From positions 14,632,001-14,696,000 of the forward strand of contig JBHGNT010000011.1 in the NCBI GenBank assembly GCA_043228905.1: 64,000 bases of DNA, read 5' to 3'. The translations under genes and the position numbers were made by a program. This DNA comes from Azolla caroliniana (lineage: Eukaryota > Plantae > Polypodiophyta). This document shows positions 12,416-23,600 of the stretch, piece by piece. Position 1 is the first letter of the stretch. Each line of letters begins with the position of its first letter. The notes under the pieces were generated by a model, which had not been told where the DNA came from, searched no databases, and was given only the letters and a program-made list of their open reading frames with translations.

Positions 12416-12513
12416 GGTTGATCGTGTGGAAGTGGAGGCGGAGATCGCGCTTTCGTGCTTTGTGCTCTGTACACTCTGTACGCTCTTGTGAGTGAAATAT
12501 GACGAGGTCTTCC

Positions 12514-12521
12514 TATTTATA
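12514..12521 (-). promoter_or_regulatory. TATA box (TATAAATA) of the ParB-methyltransferase gene
   Basis: Minus-strand cctataaatagg ~100 bp upstream of the ATG at 12415 (context caaccATG). Confidence 0.6.
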
Positions 12522-13204
12522 GGGATTGACAACATTGGTTAAAGTAACCATAGTCACCTTAACCAAGGTTGGTAACTTTGAGGATAGTTAGTTGGTAACC
12601 ATAGTCACATTAACTAGAGTAACTTATGATTGTATTAATGATTACAAAGTCAAACTAACATATTGATCAATCTTTTATAGTCATAACAACCTACAATGAC
12701 TTCAAAGGTTATAAAGGAGACAATGATAGAGGTTCATGAATGTACCAATGATTGATTACTAAAAGCAACAATTTTTATGACTCTCAAATGCTATGTATTA
12801 AAGATGTTGGCATGAATTAACCAATGATTGATAAGTCTAATATTTAAAATGGTGAGCATTAAAGAACCAATGAGTGTGACGTTCTATATCAAAATGGGTG
12901 CCATTAATTAGCCAATGATTTTAACATTAATCCAACATATTCATGGCTTGTTAATGATTAGTTTTATATTTTACTTGATTTAACTTCATATAGATCTAGT
13001 TTATATAATAATTGATATTTTAAGTACAATTACTTTATTAAAAATAATTTTTTGATGTATTGTATTAATAGAATATTACATAATATAGACATTCTATTGA
13101 TTTGACTTTTGTTTAGAGAGAAGTTTATGTTTAGAGAGGAGCTTATTAGTTTTTTTCCTTACCCTAAGCACATAACTTAGAGAGCCCTATTTAGACCTTA
13201 AGCC

Positions 13205-15985
13205 ATGAGTGAAGATTCACCGTTCTCGATTGAAGAATATTGTTTGTCATCAGACCCATTGTTTTCTACTGAAGAGTATTGTTTGTCAACAGAGTCACCA
13301 TATTCGATTGAAGAATATTGTCTGTCGACCGACTCACCATATTCTATCGAAGAATATTGTCTGAGCTCATCTACAGGGAATGTAAATAATGACACATGTG
13401 AAGAGTTCTCTATTGAAGAATACGATATTAATAAAGATACCGAGAATGAAGGAAGTGCCCAGGAAACATTGAATAACATTGGCGATGGTCACAACAGAGA
13501 ATTAGACTGTAACAAGGTTACACCAACCTCTATGCAGGAAGAGAAATCTGGGAGCCCTATGCATATTAGAAGAATCCCACGAAGAATTCGTCTGGCTAGA
13601 TTTAGCTTGGTGACATCAGATAAACAGATTGGATTTGATGTCAAAAAAATATGTTGTGCCCGTGGTTGTACGTCTATGATTGGAAAATCAAAGTTGCGAG
13701 AATTAAGGCGATACTATTTTTCGATGACCGGTGATGAGCAAGACACTTACCTCGGGTCACATATGCAACTAGTATTTGACAAATGTACGGGGATCAAAGT
13801 ATCATTCGAGTATTATATCTTCCATGCGCAACAGATATGTAGAGTTGCATTCAAAATTGCGTTATGTGTTAGTAACATGCGGCTACATAGAGTACAACAA
13901 CGTCTACTTAGCGGGGATCAGATGCTCAATTGTAAAGAGGTTCCAAGTATGAAAGGTGCAATTGGAAGACATGCTATTGGCTGGATGAAAACTTACTTTC
14001 AGTTAAATTGTGAAGTAATGCCCACTATAGGTAGGATGCATCTTTCTGATAATTATACACGTCGGGAAGTTTATGATGTCTATCGATCTGATATGCTGGG
14101 CTCACGTAATAAGTCTATCACCTATAGCCAATTCACAAGATTATGGAGAGCTCGGTTTTCAAATGTTATTATTCCTCGTAAAGTACGTATGGGGTATTGC
14201 TCCATTTGTGCAAATCTTAAAAGTTTGGCTAAAGGTGCAAAGACATCAATGGAAAAGGATACGAGTAAGAAGTTACTACAAGAGCATCGTGAGGCACAAT
14301 CCTTAGAACGAAGGAAGGCGATGCATCATAGAGAGAAGTGTTTGAAGAGGCCCGAACAATACATGTGCTTAATGATAGATGGCATGGACCAGAAGAAGAC
14401 ATGCTTGCCGCATATGCGGAGGCTCCCCAAAGATGTCAATGATGAGTGCCTTGTTCAAATGCACTTGGTGGGATGCTTGGCTTATAATAGGTCTGTTCGA
14501 CCTCACGTCTTCATTACTTACCCCAATGTTCACAATGACCCTAACCTAACAGTTACAGTGATTCACCGAGTTTTGATGTCTTGGGGACAACCTTTCCCCC
14601 CTGTTCTATACATTCAATTGGACAATACTGCTAGAGAGAACAAAAATTCAACTGTATTTGGCTATCTAAGTATGTTGGTCAACCTAGAATTGTTTAGGAA
14701 AGTGAAAGTCAATTTCCTTTTGGTTGGCCACACACATGACCATATAGATCAGATGTTTAGCACATTCTCCAGACAGTTGTCTCGGCATGATGCTTTCACT
14801 TTACCTAAACTATTTGATGTCATTTGTGATGCTTATACACCACGCCCAAAAGTGTTACACTTGAAGGAGGTATATGACTTTAAGAGATATATATTAGATG
14901 GGGGTGGTGGGAATGTTAAAGTGCTTGCTCAGTTAAACAATATAAGTTTCAATCACATTTTTATGATAAAGAAAAATGGAATAAGTGGTTCTACACTTTT
15001 GTATGCTAAACAATATTCATCTTCTACAACATGGGAACCTAAAGGTGGTTGCCAGTTATTACTTTGTATGCCGAGTACAATTGTCCATGGAGCTAAGCAA
15101 ATGCCAATTGAGAAGAAAGGACAGTTGCAGAGCGACTTGGTATCAGAACAAAAACGGTCATGGCTCCAAGCCTTAGAAGAAAAAAGAAAGCATATTGAGG
15201 CCGCCAAGAAATATGCCGCACAACAAGACACGTCATGGTGGGATGTATTTTATAGTGATCAGAAAGAAATTATAGACAATTGTGTATCTGTTGATAATTG
15301 GAATTTGGAAACACCATTCACATGGTCGCTGCAACATGATCGCGTAAATAGAAGTCCGGAGCAACTAGTAAATGTGATTAATGACAGCTTGGTCCATCCA
15401 CAACAAAGAGACATTTATGTGGGACCAAGGATGACCAAAGCAGCCGAAGCTAGATGGCAAGGAAATTTGCAAGAGCTCACCGCGGGGATGTTGATTGCAA
15501 CGCCGGCTGATGAGAACTCACATGGCCACCAATTTTGGGTTGGTAAAATTCTAGAAGTGCTAATGCATGAAATAGAAAACACGATCAAGTCTATAAATGT
15601 TCATTGGTACAACACTAGAAGTGCAAATGCTTTTACAGGTAAGTATACATTGGAGATGATTGAATGCCAAACAAGAAGGGGAGGTAGGAAGAGGAAGCGA
15701 AACATTCGTAACACCTCGACCCTTGATATCTCTGATGTGGATATCATCGTGTACGACTTCACACTTACAAAAGCCGAACGATTAAGGAAGTCAACAATAG
15801 ATATAATAAAAGAAAAATTACCAGGTCTACAAGGTGGCTCGAGTCAAAGGCAAACGAGATTTGCTACATATAATCTAGAGTCAAACCATTTGGTTTATGA
15901 CGAAGATAATGCATTGATTGGTACATCCGAGGATGATGAGGAGGAATCGTCATTGTATATTAGTTATAGTAGTGATTCTCCGTAA
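13205..15985 (+). CDS. Intact 926-aa DDD transposase (Sola-like/DUF7869-like) with N-terminal 13-aa repeats, a Cys-rich region and a C-terminal beta-barrel-like domain
   Basis: Uninterrupted ORF between TIRs. Motifs CLMIDGMDQ, YIQLDNTARENKN and FLLVGHTHDHIDQMFS give a putative D-D-D triad. Also CCARGC, CRVAF and CSIC. Confidence 0.85.
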   Translation: MSEDSPFSIEEYCLSSDPLFSTEEYCLSTESPYSIEEYCLSTDSPYSIEEYCLSSSTGNVNNDTCEEFSIEEYDINKDTENEGSAQETLNNIGDGHNRELDCNKVTPTSMQEEKSGSPMHIRRIPRRIRLARFSLVTSDKQIGFDVKKICCARGCTSMIGKSKLRELRRYYFSMTGDEQDTYLGSHMQLVFDKCTGIKVSFEYYIFHAQQICRVAFKIALCVSNMRLHRVQQRLLSGDQMLNCKEVPSMKGAIGRHAIGWMKTYFQLNCEVMPTIGRMHLSDNYTRREVYDVYRSDMLGSRNKSITYSQFTRLWRARFSNVIIPRKVRMGYCSICANLKSLAKGAKTSMEKDTSKKLLQEHREAQSLERRKAMHHREKCLKRPEQYMCLMIDGMDQKKTCLPHMRRLPKDVNDECLVQMHLVGCLAYNRSVRPHVFITYPNVHNDPNLTVTVIHRVLMSWGQPFPPVLYIQLDNTARENKNSTVFGYLSMLVNLELFRKVKVNFLLVGHTHDHIDQMFSTFSRQLSRHDAFTLPKLFDVICDAYTPRPKVLHLKEVYDFKRYILDGGGGNVKVLAQLNNISFNHIFMIKKNGISGSTLLYAKQYSSSTTWEPKGGCQLLLCMPSTIVHGAKQMPIEKKGQLQSDLVSEQKRSWLQALEEKRKHIEAAKKYAAQQDTSWWDVFYSDQKEIIDNCVSVDNWNLETPFTWSLQHDRVNRSPEQLVNVINDSLVHPQQRDIYVGPRMTKAAEARWQGNLQELTAGMLIATPADENSHGHQFWVGKILEVLMHEIENTIKSINVHWYNTRSANAFTGKYTLEMIECQTRRGGRKRKRNIRNTSTLDISDVDIIVYDFTLTKAERLRKSTIDIIKEKLPGLQGGSSQRQTRFATYNLESNHLVYDEDNALIGTSEDDEEESSLYISYSSDSP

Positions 15986-16307
15986 AGGAGTGATCATGAA
16001 TGTATATTTGGCTATTAAGTGTAACTACATTCCGCTTGTAACAAATCGAGTAATATAAAATCATGTGTTTTGAATTCTTATGATTTCTAAAAAATTGTTT
16101 CTTATAAAATAACATTGGTTGTAAAGTTTGTGATATAAATTGAGAATGTATCTTTTTGAAATTTGTCTTTTTTTAGTTACTTCTAAATCACGAAAATAGT
16201 GGATTTTTAACCTTTTTCATAGTATGTTTGAACATGTATGATACTGGTATCAATGTGTTTTGTAAAATCATTGAAAAACCCCTAAAATTTCCCTTATCCT
16301 TCCATTT

Positions 16308-16343
16308 ATGCGCGATCCTTCCACTTGTGAACGCGAATGTGTT
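16308..16343 (-). repeat. Right terminal inverted repeat
   Basis: atgcgcgatccttccacttgtgaacgcgaatgtgtt is the reverse complement of the left TIR with 2 mismatches. Confidence 0.92.
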
Positions 16344-18915
16344 TTCACCATTAAAGAAGGACTGTTTCCATTCCACCCTTGAAACCACGAGGCCGATTCA
16401 GTGGCCAGCCAAGTGATTGCTGCGCTCGATACATGAACCTCAACCCCAAAACGAGCCAAGATTCTTAAGCTCCTCAGCCAGATTTCTTGTGCTCGTGGGC
16501 AGCACCACAAACAATGAGCGATGTCCTCCAAGCTCGCACTACACGGCTTGCAACCACTCATGCCGCCTCTATTCCCAAGCCACTCTCCTGTTGGAACAGC
16601 CCGATGGGTGATTAACCAGAAAAACACTTTGATCCGCTCGGGAAGGGATGAGTTCCATATCCTGCTCCTGGTTCTATCCACGAAGACTGAATCGATAGCT
16701 GCATGGGTCCACTTGTTGGCACATTTCTCACGATACGAACCTAACTTTCTCCCCAAGTGCGTCGAGTATTCAAAGAAACCTAGTGATTTAGCTTGTTCTC
16801 CCTTCCACCTATATTCAGCGGGATCCTATTCAACGCGCTCGAGAGGCTTGCCTTCAACCACGTACAAGATCCAATCCTCCTCGACCTCTTCGACTGGTGG
16901 ATTCACCTTCCATTTCTTTCCGTGTCTTGCCACAATTCTAATAGGGTACCAGCCTGCACTTTCATCTAATAATCCCATCAGAACGATCTTCCCACTCTTT
17001 CCTAGACCCTTGACATTGATAATATTTCCGGTACCATCACATTGTCCAGACCATTCACCCTCTTCCTCATTACCAATAGGAAGCGAGGAGACAACTGTAT
17101 TGACTACGTCAAGCATCTTTCTGCCATTTCTGACCTTTCCCATGTCTTCATATAATTGATCACGATTACTGCCGGACAACCGCAACCAATCAGCCACCGA
17201 GTGTATCCCTAGACAATGCAATATAGCCCACGACATGCGCTTGCTTTGTCCAAGCATCATTCCTTCTGGCGATTGCACGGTCTCGTTCCACAATAGGGGT
17301 TGTCGCATCCATTCAACACTAGTACTTGGACGATTCCGACTTAGATGCCCACGGAGCATACTCCACGCCTGCATCACTGACATACAAGTACAATCAACCA
17401 ATCGGTTAGATTTCCTCAATTTTAAGTCCATGCAAAAAGGCCACGCTTTGTGTGACTTCCATTGCCCACCCAATCTTGGACTCCATAGAATGCTCCTATT
17501 ATGTATCAATGTTTTCCATAACCCATCACCGGGTAGCAAGCTTCTTACCAATATCTTACATAACAATGCCTGACTCTGCAATCCAGGGTCAACCAATCCT
17601 AAACCCCCCTTACTCTTGGGAAGAATCAATGTGGACCATGATACTTTGGTTGCCGCATTGTCTTTCCTCATCCCAGCCCAAAGAAATCCCCTAATACACG
17701 CTTTAACAATACGAATAGCTTGCTTGTCAAACTTCCACACTGAAACTGCATGCCATAATGTAGACAAAAGCACATGGTTAGCTATTATGATCCTGCTAGC
17801 CAATGATAAGTTCATCCCTGACCAGTTGCGAATTTTGTCACAGATTTTGCTTTGAATATGTTGCATCTGAATTCCCTTGTCGATATCTACCCCAATCCAC
17901 GTTCCCAGATACCTAGTGGCTTCCCCGTTTGCAATCCATTTGAATTCAGCATTTGGCTTCCAAACAGGCTCGGGCTCCAAGTTGATCCAAAAACCCTTGG
18001 ACTTCTTCCAATTAATGGACGCTCCCGATGCCTTGCAAAAGAGCTCAATAGCACTCTGTGCCCTCTCAAGATTCGTGTCATTTCCTTGGAGGTATAACAT
18101 CGTATCGTCAGCGAACTCCGAATCCAGCATGGACTTCCTTGCGTTAGGGATCGAAAGACCATGAAGATTTGCCCCTTGGCTATTAAAAAGAGCAGACATT
18201 GCTTCAGTAATAAAAAGGAAAAGAAAGGGGGCAAGAGGACAACCCTGCCTGATGGATCGAGTAAGAATGATTTGAGCTCCTTTCCTCCCTGCAATCAGCA
18301 CCTTACTCGAGCCATTCCTATATAAGGCTTGGGCAGCACACCTCCATTCCAATGGTAGCTCAATGACCATCATCACTTCTTCCAAGAAAGACCATTGCAC
18401 TCGATCATAGGCTTTCTCGAAGTCGAGCATCAGACAGGCTAAGTTTTGATTGGTCACCTTCGCCATTGCAACAACCTCCCAAAACAAAATCACGTTGTCC
18501 ATAATAGGACGATGCTCCATGAAACCAGTTTGATTGGATTGGATGATATCGCCTAGGAAGGGCTTGATTCTCTGTACTAATATGTTAGCAAATTTTTTAT
18601 AAATTAGGTTTAAAATTGTAATGGGCCTCCATTGCTTAAGCTCATGCAGCGCAGTCTCCGATTTCGGAATCAAATAGATCAAGCCTTCATTGAAGCTACT
18701 CGGCATTCGTCCCGTTCTCCACATCTCTTGCAGTCCAGCTTTCAAGCTTGGAAAAATTTGCTCCCAAAACTCCTTGAAGAAGGCTTTGGGAAGATCGTCA
18801 GCACCAGGACAAGCCATACTTTGTATCTTATCTAGCCCCGCTACAATCTCTTCCTCCTCTATGGCTTTTGACAACTGCACTTTAGCTGCCTCTCCAATCC
18901 TGGTTTTCAAGCATG
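16344..18915 (-). mobile_element. LINE-1 body: ORF2 reverse transcriptase and zf-RVT region (one stop at ~16826)
   Basis: WRPITILN, LDFEKAYDRV, SIRQGCPLAP, EFADD, KSKGGLGL, CKPC..HCLWCC. Confidence 0.92.
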
Positions 18916-19930
18916 TAATTACACCATGCATCAGGTTACTACCTCGACATATGCAAAATTTTAGCAACTCCATTTGAGTTACTACCTCGAGTCGAGACCC
19001 ATGAAGCACTCGTAGAGCCCTCTGAGGGTCGTGACAGTAGATTTTCATCAGACCTGAGAGTGGTTAAGGCCTGGATCAGGAAAGGGAAGGACAAGGAAAG
19101 TGAAGTGGACGTCAGGAATATTGAAGCAAAAAAAATGATCACACGGACTGAGGTTGGAAATCCCTCAACTGTGGGTGTGGAGTTTGTTATGATGCAAGCA
19201 TTGAGGATGCAAGATATGCAAGTACCCAAGGTTGTGGTGAACATTAGTAATCCAAGGGGAAGAGTGCACAGGTGGACTAGAGCGCACATGGTCCTCTTCA
19301 ACAGCAACTCTGGCAGACCGGAGACTGGTTGTTCTTTTGACTTGGAACCTGATTTGAAAAATGAAAGAGGAGAAGACTCGTCCTTGAAGGCGTTTTGTAA
19401 CAGGGCAACATTATGTCTCCAGTACCTTACATTTGAAAATAAGGCTGTAGGGCTGCAAACATTATGGACGAGCTCCCCGATACAAGGGGAGCTTATGGAA
19501 CTTGCTCAAGATGTTCCAGTGGTTTGCATATGGAAGGTACAAGATCTAGGGCTGAAGCCTGGTTTGTTCCACTTCCACTGTGCTGAGGTGCCCAAGAATC
19601 AAGAATGGAAAATAAGTATGGAGTGGGAATTTATATGGCGTATGATAGAGACATATTTGTCGAGCATGGGAGATTCCCCCTTGGCTTTTTTTGTGAACCC
19701 AAGTCAATGAGAATTTGTTCTTGGAATGTGCAAGGACTTGGTGGATCTCAACATCAGCTAGAGAAGCGTCAGTTTACAAGAGCATCACCTTGGCCGAGAA
19801 AGAACGGAACTGTTCAAAGACCTGTTGCCAGGGGATTGGTACACATGGTGGGCTCCTGCTCACGGCGTGTTAGAAAGGAGAGGTGGAGTGTGTATTTCGG
19901 TGAGGAAATCAGCGTATATCATCATCTTGA
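18916..19930 (+). mobile_element. LINE ORF1 C-terminus and ORF2 (APE endonuclease) start, inverted relative to LINE-1
   Basis: ORF 19060-19710 ends where MRICSWNVQGLGG begins (ATG at 19707), the classic endonuclease N-terminus. The left boundary is approximate. Confidence 0.65.
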
Positions 19931-20161
19931 ATTTTTTGTAACGGTTTGGTTTAAACGGTTTCATGGTTTGGTTCAAGTTTCAAAATTTGTAAATGATTCG
20001 GTTTAAACGGTCTCGTGGTTTGGTTCAAGTGTCAATTTTTTTTAATGATCCGGTTTAAATAGTTTTGGGGTTCGGTTCAAGTTTTTAAAATTTGTAAATA
20101 GTTCCGTTTTAAATGGTTTGAGTTTGACACTCAAACCGAACCGAACCGTTGTTGATTGCTA
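19931..20161. mobile_element. Right-end fragment of the hAT-type MITE family
   Basis: Ends ctcaaaccgaaccgaaccgttgttgattgcta, matching the right end of 6087-6611. Left end is missing. Confidence 0.7.
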
Positions 20162-20654
20162 GATGATGTGAAGATACTATGTTGTGCTCATTTATTTTAA
20201 TAAAGAACAACATTTATAGAGTAAGATATTTAATGCCACCAACTACATGTATTTGCTAGACGTATGCTAAATTTACTAGCAATTCATTGAGTGTGATAAG
20301 TTTGGTAAAATTTATGGCTTCGATCCGTCTTCCCCACGTCATCTCAAGCATGAACAATCATTTTCATCAATATAAAAGAGATTGTTTGTATGATCGAGAA
20401 GAAGAAAGTGTAGATAATATACTTTAATAAAATTGTATTCACAACCCTCACCCATGATTTTGGAAGATGTAATATTTCTTGTATAATCTCACATTGTGTC
20501 ATATTTATAAATGAAATACTTGTAAAAGGGATGCTCGTTTTATATGTTGGCACTTTTACCTCTGCTTTAAGTATTAGTTGTTAATGACATGAAGATTATA
20601 ATCAAATGATTAACACAATTGTATGAAAGACTTGTAAAAGGGTTGCTTGTTTAA

Positions 20655-23600
20655 TATATTAGGGGGTGCTGCTGACATCATCATGTTGCAAGAACACCAC
20701 CTTGATAATACTCGTTCAAAGGAAGTCGAAGATCTTTTACCAGGATCATGGCGAACAATTTGGGAGCCAGCAATAGGGGAGGATGGAAATCATGGTGGTA
20801 TTTGCACTTTGATTCGGGAACATCTAGCCCAAGGTTTAATACACTAGGAATCACTGCTACCTGGAAGGGCACATTTTTGCACGTTGGCCATCCAAGGGCA
20901 ACGTTGGAATTTCATGAATGTTTATGCTCCAAACAACAGCACAAAACGGGCAACATTTTGGGAGCACATTCGCCAACAAGTAGCGGGTGCGGAGGAGTGG
21001 TGCATTGGAGGGGATTTTAATATGATCGAATCTATCCATGATAGCTCTAACAACAATTCCAAAGTACTATAAGGAAGGGAATAGAAACAATGAGAGAAGT
21101 TATGTGCACACCTTAACTTGCGAGATATATGGCATTCCGACAACTTCCAACGAAAAAGGGACTCTCTCTTATTCTCCCGATCAGATGGGCGAAATAGTGG
21201 ACCCACTCTATCTCATATCGATCGTCTTTATGTAGGCGAGGCCCTAGAAGCAAAGGGAGGGTGGTGTCGCATAACTCTAGGCACAACTTTCTCCGACCAT
21301 TACCTGGTAATTGGCCTCTTTCGCTTGCATCGAAAGTGAGGCTCATTCCAACCCCGAATCCCACACACTATCTACACAGTTATAGAGGTGAAGGAACAAC
21401 TCGCCAACCAATGGTCACTACCCGTCAATGCCTCATTAGCATCTGACAAACTTCTAGCTAAATTATCAAGAGCTTCAACTCTACTACATGAGATTGTCAA
21501 GACTAGAAGTAAGGATGCTCAGGAAAAGCGATAGAGGACAAAACGGGGATTAATAGCCTTACAACGACTTCAACAACGATACCCGACATGTAGTTGGCTC
21601 GCGGGACAAGTTGCCAATGATGGCCAAACATGAACTCATCATGGCAAAAAAGGCAATCTATGACATGGAGTTTCATGGAAGCATGGCTCGATGGATTTGA
21701 CTAGGGGACAAAACCACAAAGGAATTCTTCTGATCCAAGGAACCAAGACACGTTAGAACAATGATGCGCAACCCTATCGAGCAGATGGAACAACCACAAA
21801 GGATGGCGACGAAATGAGGAATATTGCCACAAGTTATTTTAAGCGACTACTTGCTGAAGATAATAAGGCCACAAGGGAAGACATAAGAGAAAATATTATC
21901 CTCCAAAGCATACCTAAGAAAGTCACGATGGAAATGAATACATGGCTCGTGCGTCCCCTATCACTCATCGAGTTATGGGAGGCCCTCTCTGCTTTGGATG
22001 CAGATAGCTGCCCCAGAATCGACGGCCTCACCCCTCACTTTTTCACGTGCCTTTGGGACACTATTAAACAAGATCTTCTCCAGGCATATGAGGAGATCAT
22101 CACCTCTGGAAACATGCAAGAGGAATTTGGACAGGAGATGATACATCTCATTCCTAAAAGTGGTGGAAGTGCCAATGACATTAGTAAGTGGCGGCCCATA
22201 ATTTCCTCAATACTGTCTATAAGTTGCTCGCAAAAATCATGGCACGCCGCTTAGCACCACTTCTCCCTTAGCTCATTCATCCGTCCCAGAGACAGGTTTT
22301 GTTAGAAATCGGAGCATCCTAGACAATCTCTTCTCATTTTGGGAAGCAATAGCCCTTGCTAATCGTACCCACAACAAGGTAGCTGCGGTGCTCCTAGATT
22401 TTGAGAAAGCATATGACAGGGTATGCTCGAATTTTCTATAAAATGTGATGGGGAAACTCGGCTTTCACGTATCATGGATCAAAGGCATTGCAGGACTTTA
22501 TAGGAACGCCACCAGATGTGTTTCACTAGCCTGTGAAAGGGGCCCTTTCTTCTGAATTTCGCGGTCTGTACGACAGGGCCGCCCATTGGCTCCATCCTTA
22601 TTTCTATTATACGCCGAAGCACTCTCTAGTTTTCTCAACTCGCGACATCTAAGCCTACGTGGTCTTCGTGTGCCACATTCTCACCAAAGCCTCCTAGATA
22701 TAGAATTTGCAGATGACACTGCGGTCTACTTGCAAGGCGACTTGGAAAATTTACAAAAGCTAGAAAGTGGTTTAGATGTATTTTGCAAGCAATCCAATGC
22801 CATGATCAATTGGCACAAATCTTGTGCACTATGGCTCTCTCATGATGCACATCTTGTGTGGCACCCAAATCCCGTTTTCAAGTGAATCAATCAAGGTGAG
22901 AGCACCAAATATTTGGGTTTCCAAATTGGGTTCAATATACCTCCGGAGACTATGATTACACCAGTTATTCACTCCATACGACAAAAGTTAATACATTGGA
23001 GTTCGAAAAAACTCTTGCTAGCGGGGCACATCATAGTGGCAAACTAGGTATTACTCGCGACAACATGGTACAACCTATCATGTTGGACAATCTCCAAGGA
23101 AAGTATACACCAGATTGAACGACTGGTATGCAACTACATTTGGTATGGTAAGGAAGATCATGCAACCCGGGCCAAGGTGGCATGGCCTATACTCACATCA
23201 CCTAAGTCGAGAGGAGGATTGGGTCTTATTGATCCCCTCTCACAATCAAAAGCCCTACTCGCCAAATTTGTGGTGCGAGGACTCCAACCACGGAATGACT
23301 ACTGGAAAATGTTATTGCGGTTACGCTTCACTTACTTTAGGCCACGAAAAGGGACCAATTGGGCCCCCCAAACTGGATGGATTCTAAACATGGATCTCAA
23401 ACCTAGTTTCTCCCGCCAACTAGAGGATAGATTTACTGCATCCATGTGGAAGGCGTGGTGGGACATTAGACGAGGACTCAAGTGTGATCAACCCAATTCC
23501 GAACCTGCCTGGCTCAGTCAACGTATCCTTTGGAACCCATGTATTAGGGATGAATCTATTCAACTAATTGGATCAAGTAAGGGGCTGTCATGGGGATACA

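Larger units (their letters stand above)
7285..16343. mobile_element. Sola-like cut-and-paste DNA transposon (9,059 bp) carrying a ParB-methyltransferase cargo gene
   Basis: 36-bp TIRs at 7285-7320 and 16308-16343 (34/36 identical). 4-bp TSD TTCA at 7281-7284 and 16344-16347. Excision restores the host LINE reading frame. Encodes a DDD-type transposase. The Sola assignment rests on the 4-bp TSD plus motifs and is inferred. Confidence 0.9.

Noticed and set aside
12253-12495. Short plus-strand ORFs with repeated MNSIRRIEF
   Set aside because: These are translations of the palindrome array, antisense to exon 1 of the methyltransferase gene.
7285-16343. Bacterial or phage contamination explaining the ParB-MTase
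   Set aside because: The gene has five spliceosomal introns and a TATA box, and sits in a TSD-flanked insertion within a plant LINE.
2342-20161. One giant hAT element bounded by the orphan MITE ends at 2342 and 20161
   Set aside because: Flanks (atgatttc versus gatgatgt) do not form a convincing 8-bp TSD, and no hAT transposase lies inside.
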